Source: Fimbriimonadales bacterium
Lineage (GTDB): Bacteria; Armatimonadota; Fimbriimonadia; Fimbriimonadales; ATM1
Direction: 5' to 3'
Length of the DNA stretch: 64,000 nt
Assembly (NCBI GenBank): GCA_051003155.1
Contig: JBPCLO010000031.1
Coordinates: forward strand, 1-64,000
The notes under the pieces are model-generated. The model did no database searches, was not told the origin of the DNA, and saw nothing but the letters and a program-made list of their open reading frames with translations. Below, in pieces: positions 18,684 through 27,881 of this stretch. Positions within the stretch are counted from its first letter, which is position 1. Each line of letters opens with the position of its first letter. Position numbers and translations under genes: made by a program.

Positions 18684-19496
18684 ATGGCCACGACCGCTAG
18701 GGATAGCGAGATACCAGCAGGCTCCATCCGCCAGGACGCATGGTGGGTGCAGCCGCTTCTGACAGTTTTAGTATTGGGTGGATTCATTGTTTACGCCACC
18801 TGGCGCACTTTCGAAAACGCCCACTTTACGACACTCGGCACAGATTTGTTCAGTTCCGGAAGGGTCGGGGATCTTTTGAGCCCGTTCTATTCTCCACACA
18901 TCGCGATCGATTGGAAAATCTTGGGTTACCATGTTTCTCCGGCGCTTCTGATCCTTCCATTTCCACTCAGCTTTCGCCTTACGTGCTACTACTACAGAAA
19001 AGCGTACTATCGATCATTTTTCGGAAAGCCGGCGGCCTGTGGGGTACCTGGATCGAGGAATTTATTCGGACAATACACGGGCGAGAAATATTGGCCCATG
19101 GCTTTTCAGAATCTGCACAGATTCGCCTTTTATGCGGCTTTTATCTTCATTTTTATACTTGCGTTCGATGTTTACAAATCCACACATTTCATTGATGGCT
19201 GGGGAATTAGCGTCGGCACAATTGTCCTGCTTTTGAACGTAGTTTTTCTCGCGGCTTACACTTTCGGGTGCCATTCGTGGCGCCATCTGATCGGTGGAAA
19301 AATCGATTGCTTCAGCTGCAGTGTGATGAACAAAACGCGATACGGTCTTTGGAAGAAGGCAACCGTGCTTAACGAAAACCACCAGCTTTGGGCTTGGACG
19401 AGCCTTTTTGGAGTGGCGCTCACGGATTTGTATATTCGCCTCGTCACCTCCGGCGCGATTGCTGACCACATATTCTTCAAGGTCGCGAATGGTTAA
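18684..19496 (+). CDS. Succinate dehydrogenase membrane anchor, actinobacterial Sdh1 (type F) class
   Basis: LSPFYSP, FRLTCYYYRKAYYRSF, QNLHR, YTFGCHSWRH, DCFSC; RBS AAGGAGG; upstream of sdhA. Confidence 0.85.
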   Translation: MATTARDSEIPAGSIRQDAWWVQPLLTVLVLGGFIVYATWRTFENAHFTTLGTDLFSSGRVGDLLSPFYSPHIAIDWKILGYHVSPALLILPFPLSFRLTCYYYRKAYYRSFFGKPAACGVPGSRNLFGQYTGEKYWPMAFQNLHRFAFYAAFIFIFILAFDVYKSTHFIDGWGISVGTIVLLLNVVFLAAYTFGCHSWRHLIGGKIDCFSCSVMNKTRYGLWKKATVLNENHQLWAWTSLFGVALTDLYIRLVTSGAIADHIFFKVANG

Positions 19497-21279
19497 TTAC
19501 GAAACTTTCGAACACGACGTGCTGATCATCGGCGCCGTGGGGGCGGGCTTACGAGCCGTCATCGGCGCTCGTGAAAAGGGCTGTACGGTCGGCATCGTCA
19601 CGAAGTCGCTGCTTGGGAAGGCCCACACGGTCATGGCGGAGGGGGGCGCTGCAGCATCTTTGGGCAACTTCGACAAAGAGGATGGCTGGAAAGTCCATTT
19701 CCGCGACACCATGCGCGGAGGGAAATTCCTGAACGACTGGCGCACCGTCGAGATTTACGCGAAGGAGGCCCCGGACCGGATTCTGGAGCTCGAAAAGTAC
19801 GGCGCGGTCTTCGACAGGACACCGGACGGCCTAATCAGCCAGCGGGCTTTCGGTGGGCACAAGTACCGCCGCCTCGCTCATGTTGGTGACCGGACGGGGT
19901 TGGAACTTATTCGCACGCTGCAGGACCGGGCAGTTTATGTGGGGATGGACTGCCACATGGAAACCACGGTGACGCGGCTTCTGAAGGATGGCGACCGCGT
20001 TGTGGGCGCCGTGGGCTACCGCCGCGCCGACGGCTCGATCGTGGTCTTCAGAGCCAAGGCGGTCGTGCTCGCGTCCGGCGGCTGGGGACGCATGTTCCGC
20101 TTTACGTCCAACTCGTGGGAATCCACCGGCGATGGCGCCGTCATGGCTCTTCTGGCCGGCGCGAAGCTGCAGGACATGGAGATGGTGCAATTCCATCCGA
20201 CCGGGATGGTGTGGCCCCCGGGAATGCGCGGCATCCTCGTGACCGAGGGCGTACGCGGCGAGGGAGGCGTCTTGAAGAACGCGACGGGCGAACGCTTCAT
20301 GTTCAATCATGTCCCCGACTTCAACCGATCCGAAACAGCCGATACTGCCGAAGAGGCGCTGAGGTGGGTGGATGACAAGAAGAACAACCGACGGCCGCCG
20401 GAACTGCTGCCGCGAGACGTGGTCGCGCGGGCCATTTACAAGGAAGTGGAAGCGGGTCGCGGAAGCGAGCATGGCGGCGTGTATCTGGATGTCTCTCACA
20501 AGGGCGCTGATTACATCAAGAAGAAGCTCCCGAGCATGTACGACCAATTCCTGCACCTCGGCGACGTCGACATTACCAAGGGAGCGATGGAGGTGAGCCC
20601 GACGGTTCATTACGTGATGGGAGGGGTGGCGTCAGAAGGAGAGAGTTGCGCGACGTCGCTTCCCGGGCTCTTTGCGGCAGGTGAAGTGTCGGCGGGATTG
20701 CACGGCGCAAATCGGTTGGGAGGAAACTCGCTTACCGACATCTTGGTCTTCGGAAGACGAGCCGGAGAGTATGCGGGAGAATTCGCAAATGGGAACGGCT
20801 ATGGCACAGTTTCTGTGACCGAAATCGAGGAAGAACTGGCGGTGCTAATGCAGCCGCTCAGCGGCGGAGACGGCGAAAATCCATATCAAATTCAAAGCGA
20901 ACTCCAGGAGGCCATGCAGAAAGGGGCGATGATCGCCCGCACGGAAGAGAGCCTAAAGGAAGCTTTGGCAAAGGTGCTCGAATTGCAGGGGCGGTCGAAA
21001 AACATCCGCGTACCCGGAGACACGTGCTTCAACCCTGGCTGGCACGCAGCCAGGGATACTCTCTACATGCTGCAGAGCAGCGAGGTCATCGTGCGGGCTG
21101 CTTTGGAGCGAAAGGAGAGCCGAGGGTCGCACTGGCGGCTTGATTTTCTGGAAGAAGATCCCTACTGGGCGAAGCACAACATCCAGGCTAGCCTTGTGAA
21201 CGGCGAGGTCAAACTTGAGCCCACGGCAGTCGCTGAGCCACCTGCAGAAACGAAAGAAATCTTGGAGGAGGGCGCGTAG
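19489..21279 (+). CDS. sdhA: Succinate dehydrogenase/fumarate reductase flavoprotein subunit
   Basis: KAHTVMAEGG (covalent FAD His), QFHPTG, EGVRGEGG, PRDVVARAI, HYVMGG, HGANRLGGNSL, RKESRGSH. Confidence 0.95.
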   Translation: MVNYETFEHDVLIIGAVGAGLRAVIGAREKGCTVGIVTKSLLGKAHTVMAEGGAAASLGNFDKEDGWKVHFRDTMRGGKFLNDWRTVEIYAKEAPDRILELEKYGAVFDRTPDGLISQRAFGGHKYRRLAHVGDRTGLELIRTLQDRAVYVGMDCHMETTVTRLLKDGDRVVGAVGYRRADGSIVVFRAKAVVLASGGWGRMFRFTSNSWESTGDGAVMALLAGAKLQDMEMVQFHPTGMVWPPGMRGILVTEGVRGEGGVLKNATGERFMFNHVPDFNRSETADTAEEALRWVDDKKNNRRPPELLPRDVVARAIYKEVEAGRGSEHGGVYLDVSHKGADYIKKKLPSMYDQFLHLGDVDITKGAMEVSPTVHYVMGGVASEGESCATSLPGLFAAGEVSAGLHGANRLGGNSLTDILVFGRRAGEYAGEFANGNGYGTVSVTEIEEELAVLMQPLSGGDGENPYQIQSELQEAMQKGAMIARTEESLKEALAKVLELQGRSKNIRVPGDTCFNPGWHAARDTLYMLQSSEVIVRAALERKESRGSHWRLDFLEEDPYWAKHNIQASLVNGEVKLEPTAVAEPPAETKEILEEGA

Positions 21280-21281
21280 AC

Positions 21282-22028
21282 ATGACGAAAACGATCGATT
21301 TGCTTGTTTACCGAGGCGATGCAAAGAGCGGAACCGAGAAGAAGTACACCGTCGAGGTTTTCGCGGGCATGGTCGTGCTCGACGCTCTCCACGCGATCCA
21401 AAAGGAGCAAGACGGCAGCCTAGCGTGCCGCTGGAATTGTAAGGCCGCCAAATGCGGCTCGTGCGGCGCCGAAATCAATGGAAGGCCCCGTTTGCTCTGC
21501 AAAGCACGCATCGACGACTTTCCGTATGACGAGCCCATTCGCGTGGCGCCGCTCAAGACTTTTCCCGTCATCAAGGACCTGGTGTGTGACGTTTCGTGGA
21601 ATTACCAAGTGGGTGCGAAGATTCAGCCGCTTACGCTACGGAATCCGAACACCAAGGAGCCGCTGCGGATGCAGCAGATGGACGTGGACAGGATTCAGGA
21701 ATTTCGGAAGTGCATTGAGTGCTTTTTGTGCCAGGACGTCTGCCACGTTTTGCGAGATCAAGAACGAAAGGACATCTTTTTCGGTCCCCGTCATATGATC
21801 AAGATCGCGGGTCTCTCCATGCATCCGAAAGACGTCTTGGATCGCTCCACGTTCGCCAAGGACGACGCGGGCGTGGGCGCTTGCAACATTACAAAATGCT
21901 GCACCGAGGTCTGCCCCGAGCATATCCACATCACCGACAATGGGATTATCCCCCTCAAGGAGCGCGTCGCAGATTCGTACTTCGACCCGATAGCGAGGCT
22001 GCTTCGGATCGGCAAGAAGCGGGCTTAA
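21282..22028 (+). CDS. sdhB: Succinate dehydrogenase iron-sulfur subunit
   Basis: Cys clusters NCKAAKCGSC, CIECFLCQDVC, CNITKCCTEVCP. Confidence 0.95.
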   Translation: MTKTIDLLVYRGDAKSGTEKKYTVEVFAGMVVLDALHAIQKEQDGSLACRWNCKAAKCGSCGAEINGRPRLLCKARIDDFPYDEPIRVAPLKTFPVIKDLVCDVSWNYQVGAKIQPLTLRNPNTKEPLRMQQMDVDRIQEFRKCIECFLCQDVCHVLRDQERKDIFFGPRHMIKIAGLSMHPKDVLDRSTFAKDDAGVGACNITKCCTEVCPEHIHITDNGIIPLKERVADSYFDPIARLLRIGKKRA

Positions 22029-22030
22029 AC

Positions 22031-22058
22031 GGCCGCACCCCATGGATGAGGCGCGGCC
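22031..22058 (-). terminator. GC-rich hairpin between convergent sdhB and the VOC gene
   Basis: Minus strand GGCCGCGCCTCATCCATGGGGTGCGGCC forms a ~12-bp stem with G-U pairs, followed by GTTTAA. Confidence 0.5.
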
Positions 22059-22067
22059 TTCTCGAAT

Positions 22068-22478
22068 TTATGCCTTGCCCGAGTCCTTATACAACCACAG
22101 GTGCGCGCCCTGCGGGTCTGCGATGAGCGCCATTCTGCCGACCGTGGGCACGTCGAACGGGTCGACCACACACGTGCCTCCAAGTTCCTTGACCTTGGTG
22201 ACGCGGGCGTCCACATCGTCGACCGCCATGTAAACGGCCCAATGTGGGGGAACGTCGGGGTGCTCTAGCTCCTTTGTGGACATAGAACCGGCGACGGCTT
22301 TGCCGTTTGCGGTGAGCATCTTGTACTTGCCCATCTCGCCCATCTCCATCTCCTCGGTGCCCATGCCTAGGGCCTTGGTGTAAAAGTCCATAGCGGCTTG
22401 CGTATCAGCGACATAAACCTCGTGCCAGGGGAACGTGCGGCCAGCGGCAAGAGCATGATCATCCATAGGATTTGACAT
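22068..22478 (-). CDS. VOC (glyoxalase/bleomycin resistance) family protein
   Basis: FPWHEV...AMDFYTKALG...PPHWAVYMAVDDVDA...VGRMALIADPQGA. Confidence 0.9.
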   Translation of the reverse strand: MSNPMDDHALAAGRTFPWHEVYVADTQAAMDFYTKALGMGTEEMEMGEMGKYKMLTANGKAVAGSMSTKELEHPDVPPHWAVYMAVDDVDARVTKVKELGGTCVVDPFDVPTVGRMALIADPQGAHLWLYKDSGKA

Positions 22479-22521
22479 GTTTCGATTGTACACCCGAGTC
22501 GCGAAATTCGTGTGTTAACCA

Positions 22522-24420
22522 TTAGTGAACAAGAGCCCCGTCGGGAGCATCTTTGTCCGGCAGCAGCAGGATCGCTTCGCCGTCTAGCCCGTCTGCAGCG
22601 AGGATCATGCCCTGGCTCTCGAATCCGCGCATCTTCCGAGGCTTGAGGTTGGTGACGACGATGACCTGCCGGCCAATAATCGCGTCGGGTGTGTATTGTT
22701 GCGCAATGCCCGCGAGAACTTGACGACGTTCGTCGCCGACAATGAGCTGCAGCCTCAGCAACTTGTCCGAATCCTGCACCGGTTCCGCGTCGAGCACACG
22801 CGCGACGCGAAGTTTGACCTTCATAAAATCCTCGATCGTAATTTCGTCGACGCTCAGCGCTTCAGTTTTGGTTTCTTCCTGCACTTTCTTCTTATCCAGT
22901 CTCTGGTAAATCGGTTCCGGCGCTGCCAACACGTGGCCGGGCGCGATAACGGCATCGCCGAGGAGTTCGTCCCAACGGTCAGCCGGAGACACCTGTAAGA
23001 GAGAGGCAATTTTATCGGACAGGGTCGGCGTGATCGGACGCATTACTCCTTCGCACACCCGGACCATCCAAAGCAATGTCCGCATCACGCTGCCCAACTC
23101 TTCCGTCGCACCACGTTTATTCAAGTCCCACGGTTTCCGAGCATCGATGAACATGTTCAGAGACTTAACCACGCTGCTCGCGGCCTCCGCCGCCTCGTCG
23201 ATCCTGAACTTCGCCATCGCCGAGTCGTAGGATCTCAGCGCTGCGGCGACTTCTTCGTGCGCGCTCTTTGATATTTCACCGGGCGGGACCTTGCCTCCGC
23301 AGAAATTGTGAGTCATCGAGATCACGCGGTGAATTCCATTCGATAAGTCATTCACGAGGTCGGTGTTGTATTTCAGGTCGAAATCTTCGTAGGTGAATCT
23401 ATAATCATTTTCAAACGGCATCGTTCGCGCCATGTAATAGCGAACGGCGTCCACCGCAAGCTCGCGCGAGCACCCTACGCGCGCGGCGAGGTCATCCGCC
23501 AATTCGAGAGGCGCGACCACGTTGCCTTTCGACTTGCTGATCTTCTCATCGCCCATCAAAACCCAACCATGGCCGACCAAGGTTTTCGGCAGGTCCAAAC
23601 CAAGCCCCATCAGCATCGCGGGCCACAGCGTGGCATGAAAACGAACCAGAATATCCTTACCCATCCACTCGACGTCCGCCGGCCAATAGGTCTGCCAATC
23701 GCCATCAGGCCAGCCGATCGCGGCAATATAGTTGACGAGCGCATCGAACCACACGTAAATAACATGGCCCTCGTCGCCGGGAACAGGTACCCCCCAGCCG
23801 GCATTGGTCCGAGTGATCGCCGAATCGCGAAGGCCCTGTCGAATGAAGGACAACACCTCGTTGCGCCGAGTTTCCGGCAAGATAAACTCGGGGTTCGCCT
23901 CGATATGTTGGATTAGCCGGTCTTGAAACGCGGATAGTCTGAAAAAGTAATTCTCCTCCTGTACCCATCGCACTTCATTGCCTTCGGGACTCTTTCCGTC
24001 AATTAATTCGCTCTCTTTTAAAAAAGTCTCCGCGGAAACGTCATACCATCCCTTGTATTTATCAAGATAAATGTATCCAGCGTTCTTTAGGCGCGAAAAA
24101 ACTTCCTGAACCGTGCGGACATGCCTTTCCTCGGTCGTCCGAATAAAATCGTCGAATTGTACGTTTAGCCCGCCCCATATTCTGCGAAATTCCGCGGATA
24201 CCTCGTCGACGAATTCTTGTGTTTCCTTACCCGCGGCTTGGGCGGCCTCGGCCACCTTGATGGCGTTTTCGTCCGTGCCGGTTACAAAATACACGTCTTG
24301 CCCACGCATACGCTGATACCGTGCAGTTATATCGGCGGCAACGGTCGTAAGGGCCGTTCCGATATGGGGCACGCTGTTCACGTAATAGATCGGGGTCGTG
24401 ATGTAGTAGCGCTTTGGCAT
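22522..24420 (-). CDS. metG: Methionyl-tRNA synthetase with a C-terminal tRNA-binding OB domain
   Basis: YITTPIYYVNSVPHIG (HIGH-like), GTDE, YVWFDAL, KISKS (KMSKS-like), NLKPRKMRGFESQGM. Confidence 0.96.
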   Translation of the reverse strand: MPKRYYITTPIYYVNSVPHIGTALTTVAADITARYQRMRGQDVYFVTGTDENAIKVAEAAQAAGKETQEFVDEVSAEFRRIWGGLNVQFDDFIRTTEERHVRTVQEVFSRLKNAGYIYLDKYKGWYDVSAETFLKESELIDGKSPEGNEVRWVQEENYFFRLSAFQDRLIQHIEANPEFILPETRRNEVLSFIRQGLRDSAITRTNAGWGVPVPGDEGHVIYVWFDALVNYIAAIGWPDGDWQTYWPADVEWMGKDILVRFHATLWPAMLMGLGLDLPKTLVGHGWVLMGDEKISKSKGNVVAPLELADDLAARVGCSRELAVDAVRYYMARTMPFENDYRFTYEDFDLKYNTDLVNDLSNGIHRVISMTHNFCGGKVPPGEISKSAHEEVAAALRSYDSAMAKFRIDEAAEAASSVVKSLNMFIDARKPWDLNKRGATEELGSVMRTLLWMVRVCEGVMRPITPTLSDKIASLLQVSPADRWDELLGDAVIAPGHVLAAPEPIYQRLDKKKVQEETKTEALSVDEITIEDFMKVKLRVARVLDAEPVQDSDKLLRLQLIVGDERRQVLAGIAQQYTPDAIIGRQVIVVTNLKPRKMRGFESQGMILAADGLDGEAILLLPDKDAPDGALVH

Positions 24421-24469
24421 GAACCGAAAATAGTACCCGTCCGCTTGGCGTGCTAAACTCGCCTCAATC

Positions 24470-25063
24470 ATGGAGCCTTTCGTCGAGCACAGAGGAAAGA
24501 TTGCTGTGCTGAACCAGGATAACGTCGACACCGACCGGATTATTCCGGCCAGATTTCTGAGCCGCATTTCTCGCTCGGGCTACGGCGAGTTGCTGTTCAA
24601 GGACGTCCGCGGCGAAGGCTTCCCTTTGGACCAACCCGAAGCGCAGGGAGCGTCGATTCTTGTGGTCGGGGTCAACTTCGGATCGGGCAGCAGCCGCGAA
24701 CATGCCGTCTGGGCAATTCAGCAGGCGGGGTTCAAAGCCATCATCGCACGAAAGACGCCGGACGAGTCCGGATACAGTGACATCTTCCGCCAAAACGCCG
24801 CGAACTGCGGGCTGCTCTTGATCGAACTCCCCGAAGCCGACTATCAACAACTCGTTCAAGCCGGCAGCGGGGCAGGGGCCTACATCGACCTGCCGAATCA
24901 GACCGTAATCTTGGCCGACAAAACCTTCAATTTCGAAATCAGCGATGCGAGCAAGCAGGCGATTCTGCGGGGCCTCGATCTGATTGGCACCACGCTATTG
25001 CTAGAGGGTGAAATCACAGCCTACGAGTCGCGCTCGACGGCATTCGTGCCACCGAGGGCCTAA
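24470..25063 (+). CDS. leuD: 3-isopropylmalate dehydratase small subunit
   Basis: NVDTDRIIPARFL, NFGSGSSREHAVWA, DIFRQN, GLDLIG. Confidence 0.92.
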   Translation: MEPFVEHRGKIAVLNQDNVDTDRIIPARFLSRISRSGYGELLFKDVRGEGFPLDQPEAQGASILVVGVNFGSGSSREHAVWAIQQAGFKAIIARKTPDESGYSDIFRQNAANCGLLLIELPEADYQQLVQAGSGAGAYIDLPNQTVILADKTFNFEISDASKQAILRGLDLIGTTLLLEGEITAYESRSTAFVPPRA

Positions 25064-25065
25064 CG

Positions 25066-26016
25066 ATGTCCGAACTGCGCTGGCACCCCTTTCACCAAGA
25101 CTGGGTCATCACCGCCACCCATCGGCAGGACCGGACATTCTTTCCGCCGGATGATTACTGCCCTCTTTGCCCCACGAAAGCCGGAGGCTTCCCCACTGAG
25201 GCGCCCCGCGAAACTTACGATGTCGTGGTTCTCGAGAACAAATTTCCGAGCCTTAAAACACCCCCTACCGACCCTGCCGTCGTGGGTGGCGAACTCCTTC
25301 TCGTGCGGCCGAGCGTAGGCGTTTGCGAGGTCGTCTGCTACACATCCGACCACGATGCAACCATTGCAGATCTGCCGGCCAGGCAAATCAAAAAGCTCGT
25401 GCGGGTCTGGCGCGACCGGTACATCGACCTCAAATCGAGGCCGGGGGTCGAGTACGTCTTCATATTCGAGAACAAAGGCCGCGAGATCGGGGTGACTCTC
25501 ACCCATCCTCACGGCCAGATTTACGCATACCCTTACGTTCCGCAAGTGATCCAAACCCGCCACCAAGCCGAGCGCACACATTTGGGGATGCATGGAAGAA
25601 CCCTCGCGGCTGACTGGCTACGAGACGAGGCAGAGGATGGCCGAAGGATTGTCTTCGACTACAAGAATTGGACCGCGGTAGTGCCCTTCTTCGCTCGATA
25701 TCCCTTCGAAGTTCACCTTGTTCCTAAAGCCGACACGCCAGATCTCGAAAGCATGAATGACGAAATGCTCAACGGCCTCGCCGAAGGGCTCAAGGAATTA
25801 ACTGCCAGATACGACAAGCTCTTCAGTTTCTCGTTGCCTTACGTAATGAGCATTTTCCAGTACTCGGCAGAGCACACGAGACTGATCGTTGAATTCACCC
25901 CGCCCTACCGGACGAAAGACAAGCTAAAGTATCTGGCCGGAAGCGAGGCTGGCTGCGGCGCGTTCATCAATGACACGCTTCCTGAAGAAACAGCGGCGCA
26001 GCTAAGGGCGCTCTAA
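25066..26016 (+). CDS. galT: Galactose-1-phosphate uridylyltransferase
   Basis: SELRWHP, RQDR, CPLCP, ENKFP, FENKG, HPHGQ active-site motif. Confidence 0.93.
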   Translation: MSELRWHPFHQDWVITATHRQDRTFFPPDDYCPLCPTKAGGFPTEAPRETYDVVVLENKFPSLKTPPTDPAVVGGELLLVRPSVGVCEVVCYTSDHDATIADLPARQIKKLVRVWRDRYIDLKSRPGVEYVFIFENKGREIGVTLTHPHGQIYAYPYVPQVIQTRHQAERTHLGMHGRTLAADWLRDEAEDGRRIVFDYKNWTAVVPFFARYPFEVHLVPKADTPDLESMNDEMLNGLAEGLKELTARYDKLFSFSLPYVMSIFQYSAEHTRLIVEFTPPYRTKDKLKYLAGSEAGCGAFINDTLPEETAAQLRAL

Positions 26017-27143
26017 CCGTATCGCCCGGCGAAGGCATTCATGAAGTCCGAAAGAGCGACAGCGCCGGTTTCCGGAAAAGCGTTGTACATCGACGCCCGG
26101 ACGCCACCGGTGCTACGATGGCCCTTCAGCGTGACCATCTTCTCGACCTTGGCATCTTCGAGAAACTTCTCCGTCAGCTCGTCGCTTGGCAGGGTGAAGA
26201 GGATGTTCATGAGCGAGCGGCTGGACTTAGCCACCTTGCTCTTATAGAAGCCCTCGCTCTCATCCATCGCGTCGTAAATCAGCTTGGCTTTGCGTTCGTT
26301 GACTACCTGGATCGCCTCTACGCCTCCCTGCCGCTGCAGCCACTTGTAGTAGAGGCCGCAGACGTAGATCGTGAAACATGGTGGGGTGTTGTGGATCGAG
26401 TGGCCCTTGTGCGCGGCGTCCCAAGAGAACATCAGCGGCAGGTCCTGTTTCGATGCGATGTCGAGGGCTTGCGGGCTGAGGATGACCGTGGCGACTCCGG
26501 CCGGCCCCTGGTTCTTCTGGGCGCCAGCAAAGATCACGTCGTACTTGTCAAGTTCGAACGGGCGGCTGAGGATATTGCTGGATGCATCGCAAACGATCAG
26601 CGCGTCCGAGTCGAACGCGGCGTCGCGCAAGTAATCGATCCCGTCGACAGTCTCGTTGCTCGTGTAGTAAACGTAGTTCTCGGCCCCGGTGAACTCGGGC
26701 TCGTCATCGTCCGGAGCGCGTGTGAAGCCGTTGGCCTCGTCCGACCAAGCGACGGTCAGGTCGGTGAGCTTCTTCGCGTGCTTGATCGACTGGTGGCCCC
26801 AGTAACCGGTATCGACGTAGCTCGGCGCGCGGCCCTCCATCTTCAAGTTCATCGGAACGAGCACGTTTTCCATGCTCGCTCCGCCTTGGAGGAAAAGAAC
26901 CCCCCAGTCGTCCGGGATATCCATGAGGCTCTTCAGATTGGCCAGGGCCTCCATATGAATGCCGTCGTAGGCTTTGCCACGGTGGCTCATCTCGAGCACG
27001 CTCATGCCGGCGCCTTTGTAATTGATCAGGTCTTCCTTGGCCTCTTCGAGGACCTCCACGGGCAACCCGCCCGGGCCCGCAGAAAAGTTGAAAACCCTGT
27101 CGTACTTGAGCGCTGCGCCCTTCGTTTCCTCGGTCGGAATCAT
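26013..27143 (-). CDS. serC: Phosphoserine aminotransferase
   Basis: FNFSAGP, SVLEMSHR, FLQGGAS, NETVDG, GAQKNQGPAG (PLP Lys), NTPP, KGHRSTGGVRASMYNA. Confidence 0.95.
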   Translation of the reverse strand: MIPTEETKGAALKYDRVFNFSAGPGGLPVEVLEEAKEDLINYKGAGMSVLEMSHRGKAYDGIHMEALANLKSLMDIPDDWGVLFLQGGASMENVLVPMNLKMEGRAPSYVDTGYWGHQSIKHAKKLTDLTVAWSDEANGFTRAPDDDEPEFTGAENYVYYTSNETVDGIDYLRDAAFDSDALIVCDASSNILSRPFELDKYDVIFAGAQKNQGPAGVATVILSPQALDIASKQDLPLMFSWDAAHKGHSIHNTPPCFTIYVCGLYYKWLQRQGGVEAIQVVNERKAKLIYDAMDESEGFYKSKVAKSSRSLMNILFTLPSDELTEKFLEDAKVEKMVTLKGHRSTGGVRASMYNAFPETGAVALSDFMNAFAGRYG

Positions 27144-27174
27144 GCATTCAGGATACCTTGGGTAGTCTCGAAAG
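27144..27174. promoter_or_regulatory. Back-to-back divergent -10 boxes (putative leaderless promoters of serC and the amidase)
   Basis: TATCCT (minus, 27155-27150) 6 nt before the serC ATG; TAGTCT (plus, 27163-27168) 6 nt before the amidase ATG. Confidence 0.6.
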
Positions 27175-27630
27175 ATGCTCAGGAGGGATTCTCCGAACTT
27201 CGACGAACGCCCGCCAGGGATCGCCGTCGACACAATAGTTCTGCACGCGACGGTCTTTGACACTTTGGAGGAAACTTGCTCGCACTTCGAGAACCCCGAG
27301 AGCCACGTTTCGACGCATTACACGGTCGATCGCGACGGCACCGTTGTTCAGCACGTGCACGAATCGCGCCGCGCTTTCCACGCAGGGGAATCCCGAATGG
27401 CGGACGGTCGCGAGAAGGTGAACGACTTCTCCATAGGCATCGAGCTTGTGAACCGGAACGACGGCGTCGACCCGTATCCGGCGGCGCAGATCGACGCTTT
27501 GCGCTCGCTGCTCGATGGCATCCGGTCGCGCTGGCCGATTCGGCACGTCGTTTCGCACGCCGAGATCGCCACGCCGCCGGGCCGCAAGACGGACCCGGCG
27601 GGCTTCGATTTCGCTTGGATCGACACCTGA
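27175..27630 (+). CDS. N-acetylmuramoyl-L-alanine amidase (Amidase_2, AmpD-like, cytoplasmic)
   Basis: SPNFDERP, IVLHAT, VSTHY, RAFHAGES, NDFSIGIEL, HAEIA..GRKTDP. Confidence 0.92.
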   Translation: MLRRDSPNFDERPPGIAVDTIVLHATVFDTLEETCSHFENPESHVSTHYTVDRDGTVVQHVHESRRAFHAGESRMADGREKVNDFSIGIELVNRNDGVDPYPAAQIDALRSLLDGIRSRWPIRHVVSHAEIATPPGRKTDPAGFDFAWIDT

Positions 27631-27881
27631 ATGAGGCGTGTTGTCTCCAAGGGGGACGCCTCGTATACATGAGCACGGGATCGGAGCGGCGACGACAGAC
27701 TGGCGTCATCATGACAGGTAAGCGAAGCCGTCCGAACATGGCTGCATGGCACCTACATACAGTAATTAGCGATGAATCGGCGTCATCGCGTCACATTCCC
27801 TAGCACGTACCTGTCGCGATGACGAGTTGCGAATCTAGGCCCCCTTCCCGTCGGCCCGTTGTCTACGAATTGACAGCTTCC

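Noticed and set aside
24421..24567. N-terminal extension of MetG or a T-box leader
   Set aside because: It overlaps the divergent leuD; similarity starts at MPKRYYITT, and the 49-bp gap has no room for a T-box
27708..27803. HLH tripeptide suggesting an HUH transposase fragment
   Set aside because: No other Y1 transposase motifs; likely chance
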